DNA of 64,000 nt, from the NCBI GenBank assembly GCA_963834385.1, contig CAWIBO010000002.1, positions 448,001-512,000 on the forward strand, given 5' to 3'. A program made the translations under genes and the position numbers. Source of the stretch: an uncultured Verrucomicrobiae bacterium (lineage in GTDB: Bacteria > Verrucomicrobiota > Verrucomicrobiia > Chthoniobacterales > UBA10450). Under the pieces are notes generated by a model. That model was not told where the DNA came from. It did no database searches and saw only the letters and a program-made list of their open reading frames with translations. Of this stretch, positions 28,266-38,816 are shown one piece after another (the first letter of the stretch is position 1; the number at the start of each line of letters is the position of its first letter).

Positions 28266-29208
28266 ATGCGGATCCTTTTCCTCGGCACCGGCGCGATCGG
28301 TGTGCCCTCCTTCCATGCTCTCGCCCAGTCGCGCCACGAGCTTTGCGGTCTTGTCACCCAGCCGGACCGGCCGGCCGGCCGCGCCCAGGCATTGACCGAG
28401 CCGCCCATCAAGGAGGCCGCCCGTGCCGCCGGCGTGGCCCCCCTGCTGCAACCGGAGAAAATTCGAAACGAGGAAGCCGTCGCCTGGATCCGGGAACGAA
28501 ATCCCGAAGCCATCGTCGTTATGGCCTATGGACAGATTCTCCCTCCGTCCGTCCTGAAGATCCCCCCGCTCGGCTGCCTGAACCTGCACGCCTCGCTCCT
28601 GCCGCGGCATCGCGGCGCTTCCTGCATTCAGGCCGCCATCGGCGCCGGCGACGCCGAGACCGGAATCACGGTCATGTTCATGGATGAAGGTCTCGACACC
28701 GGGGACATCCTGCTCCAGGAACGCCTGGCAATCGCGCCCGGACGAAACGGGCGGCTCGCTGCACGACCGGCTCGCTGACCTCGCACCCCCTCTCCTCCTG
28801 CAGGCGCTTGATCTGCTCGAGGCGGGCCAGGCGCCGCGCCAGCCGCAGCAGAACGAGCTGGCCACTTACGCCGGGAAACTGAGCCGCGAGGATGGCCGGA
28901 TCGACTGGAACGAAGAGCCCGCTTCGATTGAGCGGAAAATCCGCGCCTGGAACCCCTGGCCCGGCGCCTTCACCACCATCGAGGCCGAGGGCCGGCCGCC
29001 GGTGAAACTGAAAATCTTTCGAGCCCGCCTCGAACCCGGCGCGGCCCCGGGTCCCGGTCTGGCCGCCCCGGACGGTTCCCTGCGGGTGGGAGACCTGGTC
29101 CTGACCGAGGTGCAACTGGAGGGAAGGAAGCGGATGCCGGTCCCTGACCTTCTCCGTGGCGCCCCCTGGCTGGCTGCCGCCCGCCTCGCGGCGCCGGGCG
29201 CGCCCTGA
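28266..29208 (+). CDS. fmt: Methionyl-tRNA formyltransferase; probable +1 error near 28738
   Basis: [48 protein letters not shown]. Confidence 0.92.
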
Positions 29209-29254
29209 GTTTTCCTTTGCCAAGGGGCCTCCCTTCTGGTTCATCATTCGCGCC

Positions 29255-29986
<732 letters not shown>

Positions 29987-30022
29987 TTGCGCCGTTCCTC
30001 CCGCAGGTTATGAACTCTAGCG

Positions 30023-30583
30023 ATGAGCCCTGAAGAAATCTTACTGGAGGCGGAAGTGTCGATGGAAAAAAGCGTCGACTACATGGTGCACGAGTTTGCC
30101 GCCGTCCGCACCGGCAAGGCCTCCCCGGCCCTGGTGGAGAACGTCGACGTCGACGCCTATGGCTCGGCCATGAAACTGAAGCAGCTCGCGCTCATCACCA
30201 CGCCGGAGCCGCGTCTCCTCGTCGTCCAGCCGTTCGATGCCAGCATGGTCCAGGTCATCGAAAAGGCGCTCAAGGAGTCGAAGATCGGCATTACCCCCGC
30301 GGTGGACGGCAAGATCATCCGCCTTCCCGTGCCCGAGCTCTCCGAGGAACGCCGGCGCGACCTCGTCAAATCCCTCAAGCAGATGGCGGAGGAAGCCCGC
30401 GTGCGCGTCCGCTCGAATCGCCGGACCGCGATTGACGAGGCGAAAAAGGCCAAGACCTCCGGCGACCTGACCGAGGATGGCCTCCGCGATACCGAAGCCG
30501 ACATCCAGAAGCTGACCGACAAATACGTCAAGTCGATCGACGACCACTTCGAGCGCAAGGAAGCCGAAGTGATGAAAGTCTGA
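30023..30583 (+). CDS. frr: Ribosome recycling factor
   Basis: RTGKASP, PELSEERR; follows pyrH. Confidence 0.97.
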   Translation: MSPEEILLEAEVSMEKSVDYMVHEFAAVRTGKASPALVENVDVDAYGSAMKLKQLALITTPEPRLLVVQPFDASMVQVIEKALKESKIGITPAVDGKIIRLPVPELSEERRRDLVKSLKQMAEEARVRVRSNRRTAIDEAKKAKTSGDLTEDGLRDTEADIQKLTDKYVKSIDDHFERKEAEVMKV

Positions 30584-30626
30584 GGAGCCGGGCTCAGGCC
30601 GATTAAGCGGCGGCGCTTCCCCTTCC

Positions 30627-30777
30627 GTCATCCCGAGCGCACGCGAGGGACCCCACAAGCGTTAATCAGCGGCCAATTCCCTGGAAAAGGGGCATCCCGC
30701 CAGGGCGCTTCCCATTCACAAAACCACATCCTCGCTCTCAAAACGTTCGTGGGGTCCTTCGCTTCGCTCAGGATGAC
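30627..30777. repeat. 151-bp palindromic REP/MITE-like element between convergent genes
   Basis: GTCATCCCGAGCG..GCGAGGGACCCCAC pairs with GTGGGGTCCTTCGC..CGCTCAGGATGAC. Confidence 0.75.
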
Positions 30778-30789
30778 AAGGCGCCCGGC

Positions 30790-31605
30790 TTAGAGCCGCA
30801 CCAGGTCCAGCAGGAACTGGCACCAGAGATAGACCATCCCGCGCCACGAGTATTTCACTTCGCCCGCGGGCGTCTGGGTCAGGACGCCTTCGTCCAGGTT
30901 GTGGGCAATCTGCGCGCGCAAATCGTTCTCCATCTCGGCCTGGATGCGGTCGTTATCCAGCGCTTCGATCGCCTCGACCTGGACCTGGTTCTTCCGCAAG
31001 AATTCCTTGTGGCTCTGGTAGAGCTGCCAGAAGGACTGGTCGGGCTTTTGCCGATTGATCCGGTACTGCGGGGTGAGTTTCAGGCCGTAGGAGAGCGGAT
31101 AATTCCAGGTCGTCCAAACCTGGCCATCACGCGCCCGCGAGGAGATGCGCAGGTAATAAAAAGAGAGATCGTGCTGCTCGTTCAGGCAAATGGTGGCCTG
31201 GGCCCGGTCTTCCTCCCGGTAGTAAAGCCGGAAGAATTGCCGGTAGTCCTCCCAGTCCCAGCCTGAATCGCTCACGTGCCGGAACCCCTCGTTTTCGATC
31301 TCCTGCGAGATCTCGTCCAGGGTCGGGAAAACCTCGTGCGCCGGCGGGCTCTTGGGCCGAAGCGCTTTCTCCTTCGGCAGCCTCAACGCCCGGATCCGGG
31401 TGAGGATTTCCAGCCAGGGCAGAAAGAGCCAGCTCAAGGCCGCCAACAAGCCGAGGAGCCAGCTGTCGGTGACGAAGAAAACGCCCAGAAAGGTGGCCGT
31501 GAGAATGCCCAGGGCCCCGACTTTCTGCGCCCAGGCCGCCTGGTAACTGCGCAGGGCGACACTGAGAACCGCCACCCCGAGCGTGAGGAAGAGTCCGAAC
31601 AACAT
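30790..31605 (-). CDS. Hypothetical membrane protein (3 N-terminal TM segments plus soluble domain)
   Basis: Hydrophobic N-terminus; start abuts the glutaredoxin stop. Confidence 0.75.
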   Translation of the reverse strand: MLFGLFLTLGVAVLSVALRSYQAAWAQKVGALGILTATFLGVFFVTDSWLLGLLAALSWLFLPWLEILTRIRALRLPKEKALRPKSPPAHEVFPTLDEISQEIENEGFRHVSDSGWDWEDYRQFFRLYYREEDRAQATICLNEQHDLSFYYLRISSRARDGQVWTTWNYPLSYGLKLTPQYRINRQKPDQSFWQLYQSHKEFLRKNQVQVEAIEALDNDRIQAEMENDLRAQIAHNLDEGVLTQTPAGEVKYSWRGMVYLWCQFLLDLVRL

Positions 31606-31857
31606 CTAGGGCTCGATCCGATGCTCGCGCAAAAACGCCTCCAGCTGATCGGTGTCGAAGTTGGCCAGGACCTCGTCCCCTGCGGCCAGGGTCGGCACGT
31701 AGGTCTGCTCGGACAGCTCCACCATTTCGCGGTAGGCCTCGCGGTCCTGCCCGACGTCGATCTCGGTGAATTTATAGCCGCGTTCCGCCAGGTATTCCTT
31801 GGCATCGATGCACCAGGAACACCATTCACGGCTGTAAAGTTTGAGGTCAGCGGCCAT
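31606..31857 (-). CDS. Glutaredoxin/NrdH-like protein
   Basis: WCSWC, SEQTYVPTL. Confidence 0.88.
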   Translation of the reverse strand: MAADLKLYSREWCSWCIDAKEYLAERGYKFTEIDVGQDREAYREMVELSEQTYVPTLAAGDEVLANFDTDQLEAFLREHRIEP

Positions 31858-31900
31858 GGGAGGGAATAAACGGGACTGCGTTCGGGCGTCAACCGGCCCG

Positions 31901-33430
31901 CTAGTAGGACTTGGCCCAGACTACGCGCTGCCGGCTCGGTTCGCCGGTGAAAGGACAGCGGCCCGGTTCCCCCGTGGCCCCGCCCGGGATGCAGCGAATC
32001 GTCACCTTGAGGTCGTTCTTGATCTGTTCCTCGACCGCGCGCGCCCCGTTCCAGTGCGCCAGGGCAAAGCCGCCATGGATCTCCGGCTTCTCCTTCTTCG
32101 CGGGCGTAAAGAACTGATAAAACTCTTCCTTGGAATCGATCACGCGCGTGTGTTCGTCGCGGAAACGCCGCGCCCGCTCCAGGAGCGCCTGCTGGATGCC
32201 ATCGAGCAGCCCGGCCATGCCGCCGACGACCTCGTTTTCCTCCAGGAACTCCTTGCTCTTGACCGGTTGATCGCGGCGGCTCACGGCGAACTTGCCCGAC
32301 TCCAGGTCGCGCGGCCCGATCTCGATTCGCACCGGCACCCCCTTCTTGATCCATTCCCAGTTCTTCACGCCGCCGCCCAGGTCGCGCTGGTCCAGTTCCA
32401 CCTCGATCGGCGCACCGTGGAACGACTGCGCCCGCAGCCGGGCCGCCAGCTTCGCCGCCGCTTCCAGCACCGCCGCCCGGCTTTCCTCCTTCGGCGTGAT
32501 CGGAATGATGACCACGTGGGTCGGGGCGATCCGCGGCGGCAGGACCAGTCCGTCGTCGTCGGAATGGGCCATGATCATGGTCCCGATGAGCCGCGTGCTC
32601 ACGCCCCAGCTCGTGGTCCAGCCGAATTCCTGTTTCCCGTCGCGGTTCTGGAACTGGATCCCGCTCCCGCGCGAAAAATTCTGGCCGAGAAAATGCGAGG
32701 TGCCGGCCTGGATCGCCTTGCGATCCTGCACCATGGCCTCGATGCAGAGCGTCTGGACCGCGCCCGGGAAGCGCTCGCTCTCCGATTTTTCCCCGCTGAA
32801 GACCGGCACGGCGAGGTGGTCGCGCACAAACGTCTCGTAGACCTCGAGCATGCGCTGCGTCTCCTCGCGCGCTTCCGTTTCGGTCTCGTGCACGGTGTGG
32901 CCCTCCTGCCAGAGAAACTCGGTCGTGCGCAGGAAAATGCGCGGGCGCATCTCCCAGCGCACCACGTTGGCCCATTGGTTGATCAGGATGGGAAGGTCCC
33001 GGTAGGATTGCACCCATTTCGCGTAGCTCGCCCCGATGATGGTCTCGCTTGTCGGCCGGATCACGAGCGGCTCGGTCAATTCCGCGGCCGGCGCCGGCCG
33101 CATCCGGCCCTCGGCATCAAGCTCCAGCCGGTGATGGGTCACGACCGCGCATTCCTTGGCGAACCCTTCCACGTGGTCCGCCTCCTTTTGCAGGTAGCTC
33201 AGCGGGATAAAGAGCGGGAAATAGGCGTTCCGGTGCCCCGTCGCCTTGAACATGGCGTCGAGCTGCCGCTGCATGTTCTCCCAGATGCCGTAGCCCCACG
33301 GGCGAATCACCATGCAGCCGCGCACATCCGACGCTTCCGCCAGTTCCGCCGCCCGGATCACCTGTTGATACCATTCGGGAAAATCCTCTTCACGCCGGGG
33401 CGTGATCGCGGTCTTGGGAGCGTTCGACAT
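31901..33430 (-). CDS. proS: Proline--tRNA ligase, archaeal/eukaryotic-like type
   Basis: RPTSET, QWANVVRWE, EFLWQEGH, TSHFLGQNF, C-terminal AKSY. Confidence 0.96.
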   Translation of the reverse strand: MSNAPKTAITPRREEDFPEWYQQVIRAAELAEASDVRGCMVIRPWGYGIWENMQRQLDAMFKATGHRNAYFPLFIPLSYLQKEADHVEGFAKECAVVTHHRLELDAEGRMRPAPAAELTEPLVIRPTSETIIGASYAKWVQSYRDLPILINQWANVVRWEMRPRIFLRTTEFLWQEGHTVHETETEAREETQRMLEVYETFVRDHLAVPVFSGEKSESERFPGAVQTLCIEAMVQDRKAIQAGTSHFLGQNFSRGSGIQFQNRDGKQEFGWTTSWGVSTRLIGTMIMAHSDDDGLVLPPRIAPTHVVIIPITPKEESRAAVLEAAAKLAARLRAQSFHGAPIEVELDQRDLGGGVKNWEWIKKGVPVRIEIGPRDLESGKFAVSRRDQPVKSKEFLEENEVVGGMAGLLDGIQQALLERARRFRDEHTRVIDSKEEFYQFFTPAKKEKPEIHGGFALAHWNGARAVEEQIKNDLKVTIRCIPGGATGEPGRCPFTGEPSRQRVVWAKSY

Positions 33431-33492
33431 GCGGCGAGAGCAATAAACGCAGGAACGCCCCCGCGCCAGCGGGGAATCGACTTGGCTGTGAC

Positions 33493-34116
33493 CTAGTTTC
33501 TCGCCACCAGCGCGCGCCAGCCGGTCGCGCCCTCGGCGTAACCGCCCGCAAAGTCCATCGTGCAGACGCTGCCGTAACGGGCGTGCCCGCCGTAACCGAC
33601 GCCCACCACGGCAAAGCGCGGATTGAAAATATTGGCGCGATGTTTCCGATGGCGCAGCCCGTCGTCAATGATCAGGGCCAGCACAATCTCCCGCGCGCTG
33701 TTTTTCCCATAGGCAATGTTTTCACCCCACAGGCCGGTCCACGTGCCGTAGCGCCCCAGGCGGGAACCGGTCCGGCCGTGACCGACCGCTCCCCCAGCCT
33801 GGGCCGCGCAATGATCCGCCGCGGCCCGCGCCATTCCTTCCGAGACAGCGAGCGGACCGACCGGGGCGGCCCGGTGCAGGAAGCGCACGGCCTCCTCGAC
33901 CGCGCCGCGCCCTTCCTTGGTCCGGACCGGGACCCGGCCGGGGCGGAGGAACAGATTTCCCTGGAAGCGAGGCAGCAATTCCTCGGCAAAAGTGGCGTAA
34001 AGCTGGGGATTGGTCCGGGCCAGGTTCAGTTCGCGCACCACCTCTTCCGGGGTGGCTGCGGAGAGGGCAATCGGGAAAAGAAGCGCGAAAAGCGCGGTCA
34101 ACGGGAGGCGGCTCAT
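33493..34116 (-). CDS. Secreted CAP/SCP domain protein
   Basis: Signal peptide, LNLARTNP, GENIAYG, LIIDDG...HRANIFN. Confidence 0.88.
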   Translation of the reverse strand: MSRLPLTALFALLFPIALSAATPEEVVRELNLARTNPQLYATFAEELLPRFQGNLFLRPGRVPVRTKEGRGAVEEAVRFLHRAAPVGPLAVSEGMARAAADHCAAQAGGAVGHGRTGSRLGRYGTWTGLWGENIAYGKNSAREIVLALIIDDGLRHRKHRANIFNPRFAVVGVGYGGHARYGSVCTMDFAGGYAEGATGWRALVARN

Positions 34117-34129
34117 TATGGAAATTATA

Positions 34130-34145
34130 AGCAGGTCGGGTGCCA
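34130..34145 (-). promoter_or_regulatory. Sigma54-type promoter 13 nt upstream of the CAP gene start
   Basis: TGGCACCCGACCTGCT with correct GG-N10-GC spacing. Confidence 0.65.
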
Positions 34146-34238
34146 GCGCCGCCCCCCATCAGCCCACGCGGAAAACCTCTCCCCGGCGTTTGACACCCCG
34201 CCGTACCCCCTCTACTTTCCACGCCTTTCCGCACCTTC

Positions 34239-34667
34239 ATGAAGACGTTCTCCGCCAAAGCCACCGAGATCCAACGCAAGTGGTGGATCATCGACGCCAG
34301 GGACCAGGTCCTCGGCCGCGTCGCCGTTAAAGCCGCCAATCTCCTCCGGGGCAAAGAAAAAGCGGTCTACACACCGCACGTCGACACCGGCGATTTCGTG
34401 GTCGTGATCAATGCCGACAAGGTCCGGCTCACGGGCAAAAAAGAGGATCAGAAGACCTACATGAGCTTTTCCGGATTCGTCGGCGGACACAAGAGCGAGA
34501 ATGTGCGCGCCCGCCGCGAACGCCATCCCGAGCTGCTGGTGGAACGTGCCATCCGCGGCATGATCCCGCACAACCGCCTGGGCCGTTCCGTTTACCGCAA
34601 ACTCAAAGTCTACAAGGGTGACCTTCACCCGCATGCCGCGCAGCAGCCTGCCGCGGTCCAATTCTAG
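34239..34667 (+). CDS. rplM: 50S ribosomal protein L13
   Basis: WWIIDA...LGR...YTPHVDTGDFVVVINA. Confidence 0.98.
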   Translation: MKTFSAKATEIQRKWWIIDARDQVLGRVAVKAANLLRGKEKAVYTPHVDTGDFVVVINADKVRLTGKKEDQKTYMSFSGFVGGHKSENVRARRERHPELLVERAIRGMIPHNRLGRSVYRKLKVYKGDLHPHAAQQPAAVQF

Positions 34668-34674
34668 AATCCCC

Positions 34675-35070
34675 ATGGCCCAGACACAGGAATTCATCGC
34701 CACCGGTCGCCGCAAAACCTCCGTCGCGCGCATTCGCATGACCGCCGGCAACGGCAAAATCGACGTCAACGGGCGCTCTTTTGAGGAGTATTTTCCGACG
34801 GTCCCGCTGCAGAACACGGTCCTGGAACCGTTGCAGTCGGTGAAGCTGGCCAGCTCCTACGATCTTTCGGTGAACACCAGCGGTGGCGGCGCGACCGGCC
34901 AGGCCGGTGCCACCCGCCTCGCCATTGCCCGCGCCCTCCTCCAGGTGGATGGCGAACTGCGCGGCACGCTCAAGAGCGAAGGATTCCTCAGCCGCGACCC
35001 GCGGATGAAAGAGCGCAAGAAGTCGGGACAACCCGGCGCTCGCAAGCGCTTCCAGTTCTCGAAGCGCTAG
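34675..35070 (+). CDS. rpsI: 30S ribosomal protein S9
   Basis: TGRRKTSVAR...ERKK...QFSKR. Confidence 0.98.
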   Translation: MAQTQEFIATGRRKTSVARIRMTAGNGKIDVNGRSFEEYFPTVPLQNTVLEPLQSVKLASSYDLSVNTSGGGATGQAGATRLAIARALLQVDGELRGTLKSEGFLSRDPRMKERKKSGQPGARKRFQFSKR

Positions 35071-35100
35071 AAGCAGCGCTTCCCGCTGACTTTTTCCGGA

Positions 35101-35143
35101 GCGGAACTCTGTTCCGCCATCTTTCTTTCGCCTGCGGCGAAAG
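35101..35143. terminator. Two hairpins between convergent rpsI and TPR genes
   Basis: GCGGAAC-TCT-GTTCCGC plus T-rich tail; CTTTCGCC-TGC-GGCGAAAG. Confidence 0.55.
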
Positions 35144-35150
35144 CGTCCTT

Positions 35151-35857
35151 CTACGGAGATTGCGCCGGCTGCACCGGCGCCGCGGCGGCGTGGCCGCGGG
35201 AGTTCCTGTCACCGGTGCCGTCGCCGCGGGCTTCGCCGGCGCGGTCGGTGGCGGCAGGGTTCGCAACTGCCGTCTGGCTTCATTCGCGACCAGGCTGTCG
35301 GCATGCTGGGAAAGAATGGTCTCGGTCACGCGGCGCGCTTCCTCCAGACGCCCGAGGGCGCGCAGGAGCTGCACCTGGGTCAGAAGAGCAACGGGCGTAT
35401 TGAAATCCTGGGGGTGCTCGCTCGTGAGACGTTGCAGGGCGGCGAGTGCCTTTTCCGTTTCGCCCATGGCATCGAGGTTGGCCGCAAGACCCAGGCGGGC
35501 GGTCGAGGTGAACTGGTGTTCCGGGTAACGTTCGAGGAATTTTTCGAGCGTGGCGTTCGAGTCGGCGAATTTTTTCTCCTCGCGCTGCCGTTCCGCCAGC
35601 AGCAGGTGGGCGTTGGCCGCCGGGCCGGTCCCGGCATAATCATCCATCACCCGGAGGTAATCAGCCGGGAGCTGGGCGCCGGCCAAAGCCCTGGCCGCGG
35701 AGGCGCCACGGTATTCCTGGTAAAGTTGATAACCGCCGTATCCGAGGCCGGCCAGAACCAGCACGGCCAGGACGGCCAGGATCGGGGATTTGTTGCGTTC
35801 CCAGAACATCCCGGCATCAAGCAACGGGGAGGGATTGGAAGTCTCGTGGTCAGTCAT
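35151..35857 (-). CDS. YfgM-like membrane-anchored TPR protein; probable frameshift near 35190, true stop likely TAG at 35151-35153
   Basis: FWERNK plus TM helix, YAGT.AA, TPR helices. The corrected tail AAAPVQPAQSP* avoids overlap with rpsI. Confidence 0.75.
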
Positions 35858-35990
35858 GGAAAAAAGGGGTCCGGACGCGGAGGGATGTTATGGCACGCGA
35901 TGGATGGCCGCGCAAGCCGCTGCCGTGCCGGGGTGAGGCCAGTCCCCCCGGGGCAGACGATTCCCTTGCACGAACGCGAAAGACGAAACC

Positions 35991-36188
35991 CTGGCGGGTC
36001 GCAACCCGGAAAAGGATCCCTCCCAGTGGACCACCGGGCAGGAATCAATGACCGGTCCGCAGCGCTCCTATCTGCAGACTCTCTGCCGCGAGGCCGGGGT
36101 CGAGTTCGATGAGACGCTCTCGAAGGCCGAGGCCTCTCGCCGGATTGACGAGCTCCAGCAGGAAACCGGGCGCGGCCGGTTCGATTAG
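35991..36188 (+). CDS. DUF3072-family small protein; absent from the ORF track, start uncertain
   Basis: NPEKDPSQWTTGQESMTGPQRSYLQTLCREAGVEFDETLSKAEASRRIDELQQETGRG. Confidence 0.8.
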   Translation: MAGRNPEKDPSQWTTGQESMTGPQRSYLQTLCREAGVEFDETLSKAEASRRIDELQQETGRGRFD

Positions 36189-36850
36189 CGCGCGGGCTTG
36201 AAGCGGACGCAGCGCGAGGGCGGCGTCTTCGCCTTGAGAAAGTTTCTCATCAGGCCGAGGGCCTGCCGGTTTTCCTTTTCCGAGTTCGAGACACAGCAAT
36301 CCTCCGGGATGATGAGGTTGTAGTCGCGCATGTAGGCATCGTTGGCCGTGAAGAGGACGCAAAAGTTTCCGGCAATTCCGGTGAGGACCAGGGTTTCACA
36401 CCCGAGATAACGGAGGAGCGTCTCCAGCGTGCTCGAGAAGAACCCGGAATGTTTCGGTTTGAGAACAAAGTAATCTTCCTCATCCGGGGCGAGCTGCCGG
36501 GTGATGCCGCGCCCGCGGGACTCTGCGGAGGAGCAGTGTTCCACGATGCGCCGAAAATCGGACTGCCAGCGCCCGAAATTGTCGTTCACATAGATCACGG
36601 GCACCCCGGCCGCCCGGGCGCGCTTCTTCAGGCGGGCCAGGCGCAGGGCCATCCGCTCCGCCGCCGGCAGCATCCGCCGGGCCTCGGGAAAATCGAGGTC
36701 GTTGATGACGTCGATCAGGAGAAGCGCCGTCTCGTTCTTGTCCGGCGCGTTTCCGTCGAGGTCCGCGTTGCGCCGGGGCGCCGCCCGCGGGCTTCGCCCC
36801 CGCGCCTCGCGGTCAGCTTTTCTTCCGGCCGCCCTTCTTTTTGCCGCCAC
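36185..36850 (-). CDS. Isochorismatase-family cysteine hydrolase
   Basis: ALLLIDVIND, KPKHSGFF, GIAGNFCVLFTANDAYMRD. Confidence 0.9.
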   Translation of the reverse strand: MAAKRRAAGRKADREARGRSPRAAPRRNADLDGNAPDKNETALLLIDVINDLDFPEARRMLPAAERMALRLARLKKRARAAGVPVIYVNDNFGRWQSDFRRIVEHCSSAESRGRGITRQLAPDEEDYFVLKPKHSGFFSSTLETLLRYLGCETLVLTGIAGNFCVLFTANDAYMRDYNLIIPEDCCVSNSEKENRQALGLMRNFLKAKTPPSRCVRFKPAR

Positions 36851-37076
36851 TTTTACGCCCGCCTTTCCTGCCGCCTTTGCGGGCGGGCTTTTTGTTTTCC
36901 TTTTTGCCGTGGCCGCTGCCGGATTTCTTCCCGCCGCCGGACATGGCGTTCACCGTGGCCCAGGCGCGGCGTTTCGCTTCCTTCTTCCTGGTCCCGCGCT
37001 CCTGGTAACCCTCGGCGATATGCTTCGCCTTCCGCTTTTGTTTTTTCGTGTATTTATCTTTGTCTCCCTGTGGCAT
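36813..37076 (-). CDS. Small highly basic Lys/Gly-rich protein (so-called plasmid stabilization / histone-like family)
   Basis: MPQGDKDKYTKKQKRKAKHIAEGYQERG...AWATVN...GGGKKSGSG; strong SD AAGGAGG. Confidence 0.85.
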   Translation of the reverse strand: MPQGDKDKYTKKQKRKAKHIAEGYQERGTRKKEAKRRAWATVNAMSGGGKKSGSGHGKKENKKPARKGGRKGGRKSGGKKKGGRKKS

Positions 37077-37193
37077 CGATTCCTCCTTTGGTTCGGGGAT
37101 TCCAAGACAAAACGCATCTCTGGCCCCCGGCGGATTGGTGACGCTCCGCCAAAGCATGCGCCCGGTCCCCGCCCGCCAGCCGATAGTCAGGGT

Positions 37194-37697
37194 ATGAACG
37201 ACTTCCTCAGTTTCCTCCACGGGGCCCTGGGCATCGATGTCCCCCCGACGGATCTCGACATCGTGCAGATGACTCTGCGCGGACTCCTCGTTTTTCTCGC
37301 CGCCCTCATCCTCATCCGCCTCGGACACAAGCGCACCCTGGCGCGCAAGACACCTTTCGACATGGTCCTGCTCATCATCGTCGGCTCGGTCATGTCCCGC
37401 GCCATCAATGGCAGCGCCGCTTTTCTTCCCACCCTGCTGGCCGCCGCCGCCCTGGTCTTTTTACATCGCCTCTTCGCCCTCACCGCCTACGCCACCGATT
37501 TCTTTGGCTTTTACGTCAAGGGAAGGCCGCACGTCCTGGTGGAGAACGGCAAGTACCGCGAGGACGTCATGCTCCGGCAGCACGTTTCCAAGAACGACAT
37601 CGAGGAGGACATGCGCTTGCAGGGGGTGGACGACCTGAAAAAGGTGCGGCTGGCCCGCATCGAGCGCAGCGGCGACATCTCCTTCGTGCTCGATTAG
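37194..37697 (+). CDS. DUF421/YetF membrane protein
   Basis: GHKRTLARKTPFD, VKGRPHVLVENG, IERSGDIS. Confidence 0.88.
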   Translation: MNDFLSFLHGALGIDVPPTDLDIVQMTLRGLLVFLAALILIRLGHKRTLARKTPFDMVLLIIVGSVMSRAINGSAAFLPTLLAAAALVFLHRLFALTAYATDFFGFYVKGRPHVLVENGKYREDVMLRQHVSKNDIEEDMRLQGVDDLKKVRLARIERSGDISFVLD

Positions 37698-37735
37698 CGG
37701 TTCGCGCCCGCGCGCCATCCTGCTATTTTCCGCGC

Positions 37736-38809
37736 GTGCCGACGCACGACAAACTCTTCCTGCCCGGCCCGGTTGAAGTCTCGGAGAAGACGCTGGCCGC
37801 GTTTGCCCGGCCGATGATCGGACATCGCAGCGCCGGGTTTAAAGCCCTTTACGCCGCGATCCACCCGCGGCTGCAGGAACTTTTCGGAACACGCCAGCCC
37901 GTCTTTCTTTCCACCTCCTCGGCCTGGGGCGTGATGGAGGCCGCCCTGCGCAACCTCGTTCGCACCCGCGTTCTTTGCTGCATGTGCGGAGCCTTCTCCG
38001 ACAAATGGCTCGAGGTGGCCCGGCGCTGCGGCCTCGAGGCGGAACCGTTGCAGGTGGAGTGGGGCCAGCCCATCCCGCCGGAAGCGCTTCGCCGCGCGCT
38101 CGCCACCGGGCGGTTCGACACGGTTGCGCTGATCCATAATGAGACTTCCACCGGCGTAATGAATCCCCTGGAGGAACTGGCGGCGGTGGCGCGCGATTTC
38201 CCCGAGGTTCTCCTCGTGGTCGACGCCGTTTCCTCGCTCTCCGCGGTGGAGATCGGGATGGATCGCCTCGGACTCGACGTGCTCCTCACCGGCAGCCAGA
38301 AAGCGCTCGCTCTTCCCCCCGGTCTTTCCCTTTTCAGTGTCTCGCAGAAGGCCCTTGCCCGCGCGGAGACGACGCCGGGACGCGGCTATTATTTCGATTT
38401 CCTCGAGTTCCGCCGGCAACAGGAGGAGAACATGACGCCGAGCACCCCGAGCATCGGCCACATTCACGCCCTGCAATCCCAGCTCGACGATATTTTCGCG
38501 GAAGGGCTCGACTCGCGTCATGCCCGGCATCGGGAAACCAACCGGTTGGTGCACGACTGGGTGGAGGCGCGCGGCTTTGGCTTTTTTGCCGCGGAAGGTT
38601 TTCGCTCGGTCACGCTGACCTGCGTGCGCAACGACCGGGAGATCGACGTGGCTGCATTGGTGCGGACGCTGCGGGAACGCCATCATCTCGTGATCGACGG
38701 CGGCTACGGCAAATTGAAGGGCAAGACCTTCCGGCTTTCGAACATGGGCGACGAAACCGTGGCCACGGTCTCCCACCTCCTCCGCTGTCTCGACGATTGT
38801 CTCGGCTAG
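37736..38809 (+). CDS. Class V PLP aminotransferase (alanine-glyoxylate / serine-pyruvate type)
   Basis: LFLPGPVEV, HNETSTGV, VDAVSS, GSQKALALPPG. Confidence 0.92.
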   Translation: MPTHDKLFLPGPVEVSEKTLAAFARPMIGHRSAGFKALYAAIHPRLQELFGTRQPVFLSTSSAWGVMEAALRNLVRTRVLCCMCGAFSDKWLEVARRCGLEAEPLQVEWGQPIPPEALRRALATGRFDTVALIHNETSTGVMNPLEELAAVARDFPEVLLVVDAVSSLSAVEIGMDRLGLDVLLTGSQKALALPPGLSLFSVSQKALARAETTPGRGYYFDFLEFRRQQEENMTPSTPSIGHIHALQSQLDDIFAEGLDSRHARHRETNRLVHDWVEARGFGFFAAEGFRSVTLTCVRNDREIDVAALVRTLRERHHLVIDGGYGKLKGKTFRLSNMGDETVATVSHLLRCLDDCLG

Positions 38810-38816
38810 CGCGCTC

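Noticed and set aside
27417..29208. adk and fmt as pseudogenes or programmed frameshifts
   Set aside because: Housekeeping genes with intact motifs and no slippery site or stimulatory structure; fits the window-wide indel error pattern.
35891..35906. TGGCACG as a possible sigma54 promoter for the DUF3072 gene
   Set aside because: No GC at the -12 position (TGGCACGCGATGGATG).
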